DNA of 64,000 nucleotides from Octopus sinensis (taxonomy: Eukaryota), in the NCBI RefSeq assembly GCF_006345805.1, contig NC_043004.1, forward strand, positions 1,984,001 to 2,048,000. The letters run 5' to 3'. Of the stretch, positions 27,924-41,219 are shown piece by piece. The notes below the pieces were generated by a model, which saw only the letters and a program-made list of their open reading frames with translations, did no database searches and was not told the DNA's origin. Position 1 is the first letter of the stretch, and every line of letters starts with the position of its first letter. A program made the position numbers and the translations under genes.

Positions 27924-28314
27924 CGTACGTACATACATACATACGTATACACACCTGCTGTATATATTATAGTTATATTTATATACAATATATCAAGAAT
28001 ATATAGTAAATTTATATGGTTGCATGCCGGCGTGAGGTGCGTATTGGCGCAAGTGTGGATGCATGTATGCGCCAATGTATGTACAGAGAATATTTATCTC
28101 GTAAATATATAAAAATTGAATTTTCAGCACGTGACTCTCAAAACTGGCATGTGTAGTATTCGACATGAACCGTGCTAGTGGCAAGGCAGCTGTCAGAAGT
28201 GAATAGGAATATGAAGATAATCCTTACAGCCATCCATACTTCTCACAACACAAACACTGAGTTATACACACGCATACACCATACTACATGTATATGTATA
28301 TATATATATAATAT

Positions 28315-28350
<36 letters not shown>

Positions 28351-28689
28351 CAAACATTCATACGTAAATAATGTATACATGCAGTCAGTCAACGAGCCGC
28401 CATAGTATATATATATATATAATATAATATATATATATATATTGTGTGTGTGTGTGTGTGTGTATGTGTGTGTGTTTGTGTGTGTTGTACATATATACGT
28501 GTATATTTGTGTGTGTGTGTGTGATTAAGAGTGTGCGTATAAAGATTTATTATAAAAAGACACTGAAGAACGTGTGCGCTTCACCACAGGAGCATATACG
28601 TGTATATATACACACGTACATATACATGCATACGCACATACATACATACATACAGACAGACAGGTGGACGGACAGACAGGCAGACAGAC

Positions 28690-28730
<41 letters not shown>

Positions 28731-28800
28731 TGGATATAGACATAATTACGTATATATAGATGTATCCAAATATATAAATACAGGCACGCAAGCATACACA
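26400..28800. repeat. Dense compound (TA)n/(TATG)n/(TG)n/(TAGA)n microsatellite zone
   Basis: Directly visible; it is the source of the MYVC/HTYI ORFs. Confidence 0.95.
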
Positions 28801-29499
28801 CGCATACACACAAACATACACACGCGCACATGCACTCACATTATTTTTAACAGAGTTGAACATAGACTCCTCGAGCAATTGATTGTCAAGTGAGTGAAGC
28901 TAGGGTCGAACCTGCCGCCATATAAGAATAAGTAAATGTGTTAAGAAACTGTCAAAAATAGACCATATACGCGAATGTATATGCAACATACAAGCATACA
29001 CACCGACATACATATAGATATATAGATATATTTATACTGAAATATATACACCCAAAAATGTGTATATTTCATCTCAATAGAATAGAGATGTAATGGAGAA
29101 AATGATGAGAAAATCTTGTGAAATGGAAGTATTATCATTTTTATCATGCTCTGTTTGTCGCCCTTTGACACCAATCTCTGCCCTGATATCTCGTCCAATT
29201 CTTTCTGCCAGCTCGCCGCCTCTCACCTGAATTGTTTGTATTGAGATCCAGTAATTGCAGTGATCTGCTTCTCTTTTGTACTGTTGGTACCAATTTTGAA
29301 TACCGTAAGCAATGTGAATCGGGTCATTCTGGTCCTGTAAGATCACGCAACCATCAGAAAACTATGTTTGTACAATAGATAGAAATGATCAGCTAAGGAT
29401 CAGCTAATCATTCACATTATCACTGGTATGTTAACTAAACTGCCTAGAAATTTATATCGCTGTTCGAATCAGCACAGAATCACCACCATGCTTCTCGTT

Positions 29500-29945
29500 G
29501 GGGGTCTAAAAAGTTGGGCTTGAAAGATTTTTTCACCTGACGTACACTCTCCCCGAAGTTGGAAAATATGAGAATATATCATTGGTCCTTCCAACCATTG
29601 ACCACTTTTGATAGTCTAGGTAGTATTTTCTTCGCTAACGATGGCTACAGCTCTCCAGTGATATCCTGCTGTATGGAGTTCATGACAACAGGTTTTGATT
29701 GATACAGGGTTGCTCAGGTGATGGCTTATATCGGCTCTCACGTTTGTTGCTTTGGTACTACGATTCCTTTGGGTGAGCTTAGACTCTCATTCAGATTTAT
29801 GCTTCCCAAAGTTGGTTTTGCTACGATTTTGGAAAGCCAGCAGGATTTTAGAGACGGCACCTCACCAAACATTAGGCAGATCAGTACTTTTAGTGACTGC
29901 AGCTTGAATCATCCATGCTCCAAGACTTTATCCGTTTCGGAACTC
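29500..29945 (-). pseudogene. Second Tc1 transposase remnant (HTH2 to first DDE region)
   Basis: Minus-strand translation includes TKATNVRADISHHLSNPVSIKTCCHELHTAGYHWRA... and ...PTSGRVYVR. No TIRs seen. Confidence 0.65.
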
Positions 29946-30317
29946 AGATAGCCTATGCTTTTAACTTATTTAAATATGCATATCTGCAAAAACGATGACT
30001 TCTGCACATATTTAAAACAACAGAGAATAATATCAAGAAGTGCACCTAATGCGCATGTACAAATGTATAGAAAGTAGGAAACTGGTAAATGCATCACAGT
30101 CCCCATAGTGCTTCCTTTATTTACTTCTGTGTTTAAGTGTGTGCCCTTGTGTGTCCCCGTGCACATGTGTGTGTGTGTATATATATATATATATGCATAT
30201 ATTATATATATACATATATATATATATGTATGTGTGTGTGTGTGTGTGTGGTGTACATCTGTTACCATTTTTATTTCTATGCTAGCCAGATAAGTAATCC
30301 GAACACATATGTATATG

Positions 30318-30349
<32 letters not shown>

Positions 30350-30474
30350 TGTATGTATGTATGTATGTATGTATGCATGTATGCATGTATGTATGTATGC
30401 ATGTATGTATGCATGTATGTATGCATGTATGTATATATGCATGTATGTATGTACGTATATTTATATATGATCGA

Positions 30475-30740
30475 AAGGCGGCGAGCTGGCAGAAACGTTA
30501 GCACGCCGGGCGAAGTGCTTAGCGGTATTTTGTCTGTCCATGTTTGTGCTCTCTGTGTTTAGCCCCTTGTGGGTAGTAAAGAAACAGGTATTTCGTCTGT
30601 CGCTACGTTCTGAGTTCAAATTCCGCCGAGGTCAACTTTGTCTTTCATCCTTTCGGGGTCGATAAATTAAGTACCAGTTACGCACTGGGGTCGATATAAT
30701 CGACTTAATCCGTGTCTGTCCTTGTTCGTCCCCTCTGTTT
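30475..30740 (+). mobile_element. SINE family A (head, linker, body)
   Basis: GGCGGCGAGCTGGCAGAAACGTTAGCACGCCGGGCG head; linker at ~30563. Confidence 0.8.
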
Positions 30741-31196
30741 GTCTGTCCTTGATCGATCCGTATGCATAAAACACCTTATTCCACATACTACATACATACA
30801 TACATACATACATACATACATACATTCATACATACATACATACATACATACATACATACATACATACATACATACATACGCACACACACACACACACACA
30901 CAAAGTCGCTGCTATTAGTAAAAACAATTTCCTTTGTGGCGTATGTAGAACGTAAATAAAAGTATATATCAACATATCGCTGACAGTTTCTGAAAACTAT
31001 GAAGGTATGTAACACAAGCGTGGTACTGTAAGAAGCGAGTCTACTCTTTAACGCCAGCGGATGAAAATAACGGACGTGTTTTGATCTTTGTAGACCTCAT
31101 CAGCGAAGCACATATTAAAGCAGTTGACGAGACACGTGTATGTGTGTGTGTACGTAGAGGAACAGAAAAGAGAAAAGGAGAAACTCTATGTACGTT

Positions 31197-31572
31197 TACT
31201 CTTTTACTCTTTTACTTGTTTCAGTCATTTGACTGCGGCCATGCTGGAGCACCACCTTTAGTCGAGCAAATCGTCCCCGGGACTTATTCTTTGTAAGCCC
31301 AGTACTTATTCTATCTGTCTCTTTTGCCGAACTGCTAAGTGACGGGGACATAAACACACGGGGACAAACACAGACACACAAACACATATATATATATATA
31401 TATATACATATATACGACAGGCCTCTTTCAGTTTCCGTCTACCAAATCCACTCACAAGGCATTGGTCGGCCCGGGGCTATATCAGAAGACACTTGCCCAA
31501 GATGCCACGCAGTGGGACTGAACCCGGAACCATGTGGTAGGTTAGCAAGCTACTTACCACACAGCCACTCCT
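31197..31572 (-). mobile_element. SINE family B, near complete
   Basis: Reverse complement of 15988-16403, including the TACTCTTT tail. Confidence 0.88.
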
Positions 31573-31689
31573 AGAAATATGCATGGTTGTATGTATATAA
31601 ATTTGGATACTGTGAGTTGTAAGTGAGATTTTGGAATTGAATTTGTTATTTAAGAATGCAATTTTGAAATTTGTCGTTGGTTCGAAACT

Positions 31690-31925
31690 TAAATGACGGT
31701 GCTGAACCTAAAATGGACTTAGAATCGAATAAGTCAGTCGATCCATTAGGCGGATGCGCTCGCCATTGTTGGGGACCAGTGTCCTATAAAGCCGCCGGGA
31801 GGAAGTCCCCGAAACGGTGCGTAACTTTTCCCCGATGACACCTGAAACGTATTGACGTCCGGTGTGCGGAGATTCCCACTGAATGCATTTGAACGAGTAA
31901 ACCGTTTCCAAGTCTCATTAAGGCC
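31690..31925 (+). repeat. Diverged homologue of the 48292-49139 inverted-repeat arms (unclassified)
   Basis: GGAGGAAGTCCCCGAAACGGTGCGTAACTTTTCCCGATGAC versus GAGAGGTAGACCCCGAAACGGCGCAAATTCTTTCCTGATGAC; collinear on both sides. Confidence 0.6.
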
Positions 31926-32249
31926 AGCCTGCATTCCTCGCGAAAGAAATCAATAAATAGCTTCAGAACTCATTTGTGTATTTAGTGGGGAATAACTGGA
32001 ATTGTAACATTGTACTAAAACATAAAACTATATTTCTGCAAGAAACTCACTGGTGAATAATTTTTGCAATGTTAACTTGTATAAGAGCAATGATAATTTT
32101 ATTATCACTCGAAGGTAATGCTCATTCATACATTAAAGCTGATTTACATATAAGGTTATAGGTAATACTGTTCAGAACAAAATTAAAGATAGAAATAATA
32201 CATTACTAAATCTGTCAGAGAGATTTATGTAGTAGCACCACGATAAAGG

Positions 32250-32600
32250 GATAGTATATTGTCAACTTAATGTGACAGTCCCATGAAAGTGGAAAATGCC
32301 ACTGTTATTTAGCCCTAGGAAACACTGTTTCCTGTTGGATTTGACGCATTTCCTGTGTCCTTGTGTTTTCAAGGGGGCTGGGGGTAAGCACCTCCACCCA
32401 GGAACTGATGATGAGCAATGACTCTGAAACTAGTCTCTGGATGCTGGCTTTCCTGGGTGGAGGTGCTTGTCTCCACTTTGAAAACATAAGAACACAGGAA
32501 ATGTGTCAAGTTCAACAGGAAACGGTGTTTCCTAGGGCTAAATAACAGTAGCATTCTTCCTTTTCATGGGACTGTCACATTAAGTTGGCAACATACTGTC
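32250..32600. repeat. 351-bp fold-back palindrome (arms 32250-32404 and 32450-32600, 45-nt loop)
   Basis: The arms are reverse complements, e.g. CAACTTAATGTGACAGTCCCATGAAA / TTTCATGGGACTGTCACATTAAGTTG and TATTTAGCCCTAGGAAACAC / GTGTTTCCTAGGGCTAAATA. Confidence 0.92.
32398..32440 (+). ncRNA. Degenerate minimal hammerhead ribozyme motif in the palindrome loop
   Basis: CCAGGAA CUGAUGA U GAG-CAAUGA-CUC U GAAA CUAG UC UCUGG. Palindromic stem III ACUAGU and GUC triplet; stems I and II are imperfect. Confidence 0.5.
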
Positions 32601-33609
32601 AAAATTAAAAATGTTAAATTTACAATTTACAATTTCTATCACAGAGAAATGTTGGATATTATTACCTCGTGAAACAAATTGAAGTATTCATTCAATGAAG
32701 GACTTGTTTTCAATCACAAGTGGATATAACTTCTCTTCATTCGGGTTACTTATCTGGTTAGCATAGAAATGAAATGAAATTTTAAATTAATAGAATTGTA
32801 AAATAAAACTGACAAGAGATTGCTGAAACAAAGTTTGAATGAAATAACATCTTTACTCGATTGAAATGCTCTCAACATTTGGTATTTATTATATTTACAT
32901 TGGTATGGTGAAAGGTAAGACGGGATTCTTGAAGTATTGAACTGGGAATGTAAAAGTTCGAAGCGTTTATATATACAGAGATCGTTGTCCGATATTAAAC
33001 TAGTTATGGCAATATAGCCTTACTCTTTGCCTTAACATGAAACAGAAGTTGACAGGTTTTATTATCGCTCATGTGTAAAACATCTAAATGGTAAAGAAGG
33101 AATGTAATTCGTAAGCTTATACAACATAGGGAAATACTGTTGTATTTAACTCGCTCATGACCTTTCACCCTAACACTGAATTTGAGATCACTAGTGAAAA
33201 TATTCAACATCATTAACAAAAAATATAGTATGATAATCGAAAAATAATCGCTTTTCAGTTCCCTCCCAGAGGAGGTCCAACCTATAATTGATCGTATATA
33301 TCAAAAGATATATAATGAGATTTTTTTTTTTTTAAATTAATAATAGAAGTCTTCATATATTATATTCATTTGAACAATGTGTTGACATGAATATTTTCGC
33401 TGTACTTCAATGACGCTGCATAAATATTTGTATAAAAAATACACGCCACCAAAAAATGAGGGAACCAAGATAAAGCTACATAACAGAATCGTTGTTTATC
33501 TGCTAATACTCTGCGAGTAGATTTTTATACTTATCAGTCTAACACAGCCATATTGGAGAGTTTAATGACATTCTTTCATTAAGGCTACGGAGGGTTGGGA
33601 GAACAAGAC

Positions 33610-33684
<75 letters not shown>

Positions 33685-33792
33685 ATGCATATGTATGTAT
33701 GTAAGTATGTATGTATGTATGTATGTATATATATATATATATGTATGTATGTATATATATATATATACAGATAGATAGATAAATAGCTAGAT

Positions 33793-33855
<63 letters not shown>

Positions 33856-34764
33856 CATAGATAGATAGACATCTTAGGAGACAACTCTATGTTCATGTAT
33901 TTGTCTGACCGAATATATATTCCTTCTCTCTCTCTGTCTCTCTCTCAGACTTTCTTTCTCTCTTTCTTCATCCTTATTTAAATAAAATGTGTATCCGTGT
34001 GTATCATAATTATCTACCAAGTGAGTTTGTAATTATGTGTTGCAGTTGAAACAATTATATCTAAGCCTAGCCAGTTTAACGATCCAAGACTCACAAAATT
34101 CTTAAATACACGTTTTCTTATTTTCCAATGTATAATAATTTTCGCCAGACTTTGTAAAACATTATTTGATAAAAATTGGTGCAGCAGAGAAACTCATCAC
34201 GAAAATAATTTTTCTCTTTGATGTCCAAACATTCAACGTTTCAATAAATGTTTTCCAAATCAAAATAATGTATAAAGTGTTCGTTTTGACTGTATTTGGG
34301 GGATTCAGGAAAATTCTGTACGTTTTGATCAGATTCTGTACGTTTTGAAAAATAATTCTGCACGTTTTGAAAAAAAAACCTCAGTCAGCACTGATTACAA
34401 CTAGGTCATTAACACAATTTAGTGGTCAGCTCAATATACTTTTTAAATGGTTTTGCTTTCGATTTTAGATCAATAGTGATAGCACCATTTTACCTTTTCC
34501 TTCTTGAGATATACTTATCTATATGGATATTGATATCTCGTCCAAGATATATCTATCTCTCGTAATAAATCTTACTCAATATATAGCAGTTGGGTGACTT
34601 TTCGCCATTTCGCGAAATTTATCGATATTTCTTTCCGGTTTCCTATTCTAAGTAAATATCATAGTAGCTGGTATCGAACCCTGCATTTTTACTAGTAATC
34701 CTCCTTTCCAGAAATGTCCTACTGGACACAGGCAACTTGAACTAATATTGTAATGCCCAAGATC

Positions 34765-34975
34765 GGTGAACTGGCAGAATCGTTAGCACGACGGGCAAAT
34801 TGCTTAGCGGCATTTCGTGCCTGTTTACGTTCTGAGTTCAAATATTGTCGGAGTTGACTTTGTCTTTCATCATCTCGGATTCGATAAAATAAGTACCGGT
34901 TGAGAACTGGGGTCGATGTAATCGACTTAGCCCCTCCTTCGAATTTGCTGGCCTTCTGCCAAAATTTGAAACACA
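34765..34975 (+). mobile_element. SINE family A
   Basis: GGTGAACTGGCAGAATCGTTAGCACG head followed by the family body. Confidence 0.75.
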
Positions 34976-35357
34976 CATTAGAAGAGATTGCTTGTTATAT
35001 CTCATTCTTGTCTTGGATATGAATACCATTTGTACGTTTTGGATGCTGACAATCTAGATACATCAATGAATTGATATCGAGGACTTTTTTGTGTTACACA
35101 TCTCGGCATCATCGCTCAGGCTTTTAGGCTGTCTCGCGAGATTTGTTACGTTATCAATGTATAAATATGTGTGTGTTTGTTTGTTTGTTTCTGTGTTTGT
35201 GTGTGGGTGTGTATTTGTGTGTGAACGTGTGTATGTGTGTAAACATATATATATGTATATGTATTTACACATGCTGATAAATCCATATATACACGCACCA
35301 GCAGTATATATATATATATATATATATAACTCTGTGTGTGTACGTGCATATATATAT

Positions 35358-35558
35358 GTGCATCGCCATGTTGGACCACTGACCTCAACACGTTTTCTTT
35401 CTTCATTCTCTCTCTATTTCCTAATATTCCTTTCTGTCGAAGACCGTAGGATCGAAACGTAAAAGACTTTTCCATTGTTCCCGAGCGTCAAACTAATACA
35501 CGTGATTGTTGATCCTACACCTGTCCTCGTCTTTGTGTTTCTATAAATCTGAACTATA
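35358..35558 (+). mobile_element. Penelope-like pLTR module in a (TA)n array
   Basis: Pyrimidine tract, then hammerhead motif, then TTCCCGAGCGTCAAACTAATAC...AACTATA. Related to the reverse complement of 39611-39803. Confidence 0.55.
35430..35465 (+). ncRNA. Minimal hammerhead motif, A6U core variant
   Basis: CUUU CUGUCGA A GACC-GUAG-GAUC GAAA CG UA AAAG. Stem I CUUU/AAAG, stem II 3 of 4 pairs, palindromic ACGU, GUA triplet. Confidence 0.55.
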
Positions 35559-35769
35559 TATATACATGCATACACATATATATATGTATATATATACATA
35601 TACATGCGTATATATATACATATATATATATGTATATATATATACATATGCATACGTATATATATACATATATATATGTATATATACATACGTATAGATA
35701 TACAAATATATATGTATATATATATATATATGTAGATATATATATATATATAATATATATATATAATAT

Positions 35770-35813
<44 letters not shown>

Positions 35814-36269
35814 ATATGGAAACTTCCTTATACATAGTAACCACTACAGTGATCATAGATACAGACGCCAATGCCGTGAGAGATACCAAGTTTCGACTGG
35901 ATTGCCATGGTAGGGTTATTTTCTTACCAGATTGAAAAGAAATTGCATCCCATCATATTTTTAGTGCCATCTACAATTTTAGAAGTAGTTGGTAGTTTTA
36001 ATGAAGTTTAATTGGTGAAAGATTTTACAGTTTAGAATTTATTATGAAACATATGTATAGCACTGATTTTCTGAGAAAAAAATCAGTTACGAGGAAGAAA
36101 CATAAGGGAAATTCTAAATAAAATGACTGAAATATGAAACTAAGTGAGAATGTGTGCGTGGGCAGTCGATTGGATGCAGCAAGTGAAATGCAAGCTAGAA
36201 GGATGAAAGAAGGGAAGAGTTTAGTGCACGAAACATGCTATCAGAAGATACAGTGACAGCAACATAATT

Positions 36270-36590
36270 GCAGGAAGGAAAAGAAGAGGAACGGGGAAGA
36301 GGGGGAGGACGAGTAGGAGGAAGAATAGAAGGGGTGGAGGGGTGGAAGGGATTAGGGGGGTAAGGGGCGGGAGGAGGAGAAAAAGATGAAGAAGAAAAGG
36401 AAGAAGTAGTAGTAGTAGTAGTAGAAGAAGAAGAAGAAGAAGAAGAAGAAGAAGAAAAGAAAGAGAAGAATGAGAAGAAGAAGGAGAAGAAGAAGTAAAA
36501 GAAGAAGAAGAAGAAGAAGAAGAAGAAGAAGAAGAAGAAGAAGAAGAAGAAGAAGAAGAAGAAGAGAGTATGAAAGGAGGGAAAATGCAC
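36270..36590 (+). repeat. Polypurine tract: G-run cluster, (GTA)n, (GAA)n
   Basis: Directly visible; six G-runs of 3 or more at 36331-36371. Confidence 0.9.
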
Positions 36591-37147
36591 TTTTACAGTA
36601 AAGCAATCAGGAACAAAAACGTCAGGCGATGTTAGAATAATTTCGAGTACCAAGCTGGGGTTTCTTATCAAATTTCAAGGAGTGACTCGTCAGAACTTCA
36701 CAGGTCAATGCATGCATTCCGTGGCCCTGTAGCTATGCACGACCAGCGGATCTGGATTTCAATGATGTGAACCCGTGTGACATTTTTTGAAGTCATCTTT
36801 TGACAGATCAACAGGTAAGAGTGAACGTCGTGCCAAACACTATGAAAAACATTTACGAAACCCCATTAAAAAAACATCCTCGGAATAAGAGAGAACTATT
36901 TAATCCAATGCGTAGTAAACTCGATGATGCTCGACGTAGATTTCGAAAGAAGAATGGAATTAATGACGCTTCGGATTCAGTTGCGGTAATTATTTCCCAT
37001 GGAACTGTAGTCTTCAAGGAATATTTTCTCACATATTAATTCATAAAATTCTACGTTGTAATGATTGCTGCAGCTAGCGAAAAGAATTTTGTATTACGCT
37101 GTATAAAATAAACACATCTTCGCATGTATTAGATAATATGGTGTATG

Positions 37148-37187
<40 letters not shown>

Positions 37188-37225
37188 TGCCTTCGTCTTT
37201 TGTTTATTTTCATAAAGCTTCCCGT

Positions 37226-37257
<32 letters not shown>

Positions 37258-37333
37258 GCATGCTTTATATTCATCAATCCAAGCGCTCTCACACACATTA
37301 ACAGACACGCATACACAAGCACACTCATTTATG

Positions 37334-37371
<38 letters not shown>

Positions 37372-37617
37372 CGAACGTATGTAAATCTATACACTACAAA
37401 ATACATAAGCACACGCAGATACACAGATACACACGAATTTCAACATCTAACAAGTTGTATAACTCACTCATACATGTCTATTTATCTCGCACAAACATTA
37501 AGTGTTGTCTTTTCATAGCGAAATATATGATATAGCGAAACTATACAATATCGCTAAAACATCTGAATATAAGTAAAGACACAGCTATATAACATGACAC
37601 AGCTCTCCCCCCACACG

Positions 37618-37695
<78 letters not shown>

Positions 37696-38469
37696 CACAT
37701 ATATTCATACATGTATATATATATATATATATATTATACATGTTTATATACGTATATAGATATATAGATATATATGTGCATATGCATGTATACGTGTATA
37801 TATATATATATATATATACTTACACAAACGAAATAGCTTTAAAACAACACAAGAAGGGGAATTGAATAAAGAGTTAAGAACGCTTCAAAATAGTATGTAT
37901 GAATACCTTCACTGGAATTTATTAAGAAAAAAATTAAGCAAATGCAATTTTGCTCGCATTAGCTATTCACTTACTTAAATCCATAAATAATTTTATCCAG
38001 AAGTCTTCTGTGATTTAATTTCCATACATTAACATAAATTACCATATTGGTGCTTGCGAATTACTTCTGAACTTAGCAGAGAAATCTTAATTGAATATGT
38101 GAAAAAGGCAAGAAATGACGTAATCAACCAAAATCAATTGGCGTCCATCTTCATAGAAGTCGAATGCAGAAATGGTTAAAATATAATGAAAGTAATAACT
38201 AAATATATTATAGAATATCAATTTCTTTTTGCCGGAAATACAAGAAGAAAAATACGAATTATGTTCTACAGCTTGATGCAGGTAACATGATGTTATAGAA
38301 AGTGCTATAAAATAGAGTTTCGGTGATAGATCAATGTTCTAATTTACACACGTTGTCTCCATGTACGTGTTATGTATGTATGTAGGTATATAATCATGCC
38401 TATATGCACGCAAAACTGTATATGCTTGTGCGTACGAATATTTTTTTACGTATATAAAAGTCTATTAAC

Positions 38470-38500
<31 letters not shown>

Positions 38501-38513
38501 ATATACACACATT

Positions 38514-38581
<68 letters not shown>

Positions 38582-39571
38582 GCACGCTAAACTTTGAATG
38601 TATTTATGTGTGAGAGATTGTGTGTGTGTATAAATAGATACATGTGCTATATATACATACATGCACATCCACATGAAAACGCACACATATAACGCTTGTG
38701 ATCATGTATTCTAGTATACCCGTGTCGTCAAAACTGATATTTCATTAATAGTAGAATATAGCGTGTACAATCCAAAGAACCCACGAAGCAATTGATAAAT
38801 GTCTTACCTGAGATCTTTGCAGCTTTTAACAGAAAAATATCAAACCAATTCGCAATTGCTATGTTGCTTTTTTACATTTTTGAAACATTGGTACAAATAC
38901 TGTTTTGTACCGGTTCAGAATTGCTATCGCATAAATGGTTGAGAAATGCGTATTTTTAATGGAGTTTTTGCAGAGATGAGTTTCGGGGGTGCAGTGTTTT
39001 TTTTTTTTTTCTTGGGGAGTTTCATATGCTCCAAAGTTTCAAATTTGTTTCTGCATAAACAGTTTTAAAAATGAGTTTTCGAGATTGACTATTTAGTGAC
39101 GTTAATGTTTCAAATATAGAAATCTAACAGAAAAAAGGCGAAAACCGCTACAGTTACTGAAATTGGGGATAATGAAAGTGGTTGGAGATGAAATTATCAA
39201 AATTTCTAAATTACAGTTATGAAATGTTAACTTAAGAAGATTTATGTAATGGATGCATTTCATATCATATATAACAAAAAACTTGAAACATGCGTATTAA
39301 ATGATTTCAAAGATCACTGTTTGGTTTGACTTTATTATCCCAACTAATACGACTAGATGCTAGTCCAAAGTAGCCGGTCTTCACATCACTTTTGCGGACA
39401 CAGAATGAATTGGAGTAGTTTGTTATATTAGACTCTGGTCGAAAATTCTAATACCGCGCTCCGTTTCTCAGCGGAACTACTATATATCTCTTGGGTGGGT
39501 AAACATTACACACGTTCAGTGAAGTTTAAACATGAAAAGACAGAACCTCGACACAGCTTTAGAAAACTTAA

Positions 39572-39610
<39 letters not shown>

Positions 39611-39616
<6 letters not shown>

Positions 39617-39803
39617 ATCCAGACAAGAAAACACAATAAAACACAACAACGCGAGGACGTGGAACAAATATAGTATTATTGGACGCTCAGGAAAGAAGGA
39701 AAGAAGGAGGGTTTAACGTTTCGAGCGGAGCTCTTCGTCGGAAACATAAGAGAAGGAAAGATCCAGAGAAGGGAAGACAGAGGAAAAAAATCGCCAACGG
39801 TAC
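39611..39803 (-). mobile_element. Penelope-like pLTR module flanked by (TA)n
   Basis: Second copy at 22861. Contains the AACGTTTCG...TCGTCGG hammerhead signature. Confidence 0.65.
39711..39745 (-). ncRNA. Minimal hammerhead motif, U4C core variant
   Basis: GUUU CCGACGA A GAGC-UCC-GCUC GAAA CG UU AAAC. Perfect stems I (GUUU/AAAC) and II, palindromic ACGU. Confidence 0.65.
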
Positions 39804-39808
39804 AACGG

Positions 39809-39844
<36 letters not shown>

Positions 39845-39848
39845 CATA

Positions 39849-41219
39849 CATATATGGGTACAAGACATCATCACCAACAGTAAATAACATGAAATATGAA
39901 AACAAATAAGTTCAATACGCAAACAACGAGAGAAACAAATGGAAAACAGGACAGGTAACGCAAAGAACAACCCTTCCTCAGTTGTTGGCTCTCTATCTAC
40001 TCTTCATTTCGAACATTGAACTACAATACGTGTCTCCGAAGACAGTTGCCTCCATAAGTACCAAAATAAAATTTGGTATTTATGGAGCGTCAAAGCTGGG
40101 AGGAAAAACAGGACCTTGGAGTCATACAAGGAAACCAAACGAAGCCAATAACACAGACGGCGTATGAGTATCCGGCTTTTTCTGTACGACCTGCACAAAT
40201 GATTAGCTTATAGTGATCAAATGTTCGTGGCGCATATTGGCTCCCTTTGTGTATCTAATAAACGTTGCCTGAAAAGGTAAACAGTGTACTGTGCGGCAGG
40301 TGTCAAAGTGATCACAGAGCAACATGAGACTAAGTGTTTTGCTCAAGAACAAAACGCACCACTCGGTCAGTGTAAAAGAGTAATCACTAGACCATGCGCC
40401 CTCACGAGATGTGTGTACGTGTTTGTGTGGGCGTACGTAATTATAAAACCCAGGTATCTAAGTGTAGGAGGTTAGTAAGCTTCGAGCAGTTCATGGTATT
40501 AAAAAAAACGTCCAGGAACAGTAATAGTTTCTTGGCATCGAACGTTGTAGACTTTGCCATTTCGAAGCAGAAAAAAACGTTTTTGTAGCTCACGGCTAGC
40601 AACTAGAGTTGTTATGCAGGCGAATAGCGATGACTTCAAGTTATGTCCTCGGCGAGTTAAACTGAGATTTCTTAACCACAATGTAACCTTCATATAATTA
40701 ATGTATCTTCGGCCTAATGAGCAGCTAAGTAACCCACGCTGAGTAATTATTACATCAGAGGATCTACTGGCTAGGAAACATATGCACTCACACAATTTCT
40801 TTTCTTTCAAGACTGTCTTAAGGACAGCACGTATCCTATCTCTCCCTTCTATCTTTTCGATTTTCAAAGGAAATATTTCTCCAGCGTTCGCTATTTTACA
40901 CTCGTTCTGGTCTAACAATCCTCCATCTTCGTTTTCATTCGGTTTCCTTGTATGTCTCCACTGTCTTGTTTTTGTTCCCAGCTTTCACCCTCCATAAATC
41001 CCAAATTATATTTTGGTATATATGGGAGCAACTGTCTTCGAATACTTATATTGTCGTTCAATGCTCGAAATGAGGAGTAGATGGACAGCCGACAACTGAT
41101 GAAGGGTTATTTTTCATGTTACTTGTCCTGTTTTCCATTTGTTTCTCTCGTTGTTTGCGTATTGAATTTATTTACTTTCGTATTTTATATTGTTTACTGT
41201 TGGTGACGCCCTGTACCCA

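Noticed and set aside
34310-34372. Three spaced ATTCTG(T/C)ACGTTTTGA repeats, CRISPR-like at a glance
   Set aside because: The repeats are ~16 bp with 4-8-bp gaps in a eukaryotic context with no cas genes; this is a small tandem repeat.
36599-37039. Possible host exon (CAG|GTAAGA at ~36815) or piggyBac-like remnant
   Set aside because: All frames have stops upstream of the donor, and the similarity to piggyBac N-termini (FTG...P.D.F) is too weak to call.
41096-41110. CUGAUGAAGGG in the inverted-repeat arm
   Set aside because: There is no downstream stem II/GAAA in either copy, so at most it is a relic.
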